Positions 63,584 through 64,000 of a stretch of DNA of 64,000 nucleotides are shown here, one piece after another; position 1 is the stretch's first letter; each line of letters opens with the position of its first letter. The translations under genes and the position numbers were made by a program. The notes under the pieces were generated by a model. That model was not told the DNA's origin, ran no database searches, and saw only the letters and a program-made list of their open reading frames with translations. The DNA comes from Takakia lepidozioides (lineage: Eukaryota > Plantae > Bryophyta): contig CM060731.1 in assembly GCA_030704615.1 (NCBI GenBank), positions 48,484,001 through 48,548,000 of the forward strand, read 5' to 3'.

Positions 63584-64000
63584 GTGAGCCCATTTCCATT
63601 CTTCACATGACATCTTCTCCCTTATCCTGGCCTAATTCCATGCTACATATTTCACACTACTTGGCCAACTGGTTTTCAAATGAAACCAAGTGCTCGTGAG
63701 GGAGGAAAAACAATTCTACACGCAAAGCTGCACTACAGATGACTTGATCCCATGGCACCGAGCATTCAAAGAACTTCATCCCTTCTGCATGGCCAGCCCA
63801 CAACTGCAGTGCATGTCTCTTTACAGCAGTGAGATAACGTTGTGGGAGTGAACCAAGTGACATGCTTGTGTGTTAGTTGCTTGTGTTCTTTACTGTTCAT
63901 TTGTGAAGTGTTCTAGCAAATGACATGATCCTGTTGTGGGTCAAGGGTCAGAAAGTCCAAAACCATTCCTATTACAGCAGCAGTGTTGTCTCATTGTTGC

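Overview
This is eukaryotic land-plant genomic DNA, probably bryophyte or lycophyte grade (inferred from gene style and TE lineages). It mixes spliced host genes with nested, mostly decayed transposons. Left to right: (1) two minus-strand Ty1/copia elements primed by half-tRNAiMet, the first in an inverted, rearranged configuration; (2) a probable solo LTR; (3) an intronless tyrosylprotein sulfotransferase (TPST); (4) a frameshifted minus-strand locus where Bax inhibitor-1 is fused in frame, within one exon, to the SRP-receptor-beta GTPase; (5) a divergently transcribed Tim17/22/23-family gene; (6) an OTU protease relic; (7) a non-autonomous hAT carrying a ~50-bp-period palindrome array; (8) a degenerate Ty3/gypsy element; (9) a chromovirus relic with nested MULE-like and hAT insertions; (10) an RRP15-like gene; (11) the 5' part of a TBC Rab-GAP gene. 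The standout is the gypsy element at ~28.8-36.5 kb. Its pol region carries a DNMT3-like cytosine-5 DNA methyltransferase between protease and RT, and a PHD finger after integrase, so a chromatin writer and a reader sit in one retrotransposon. All calls are from reading the sequence by eye; no searches were run. Some frameshifts may be assembly errors.
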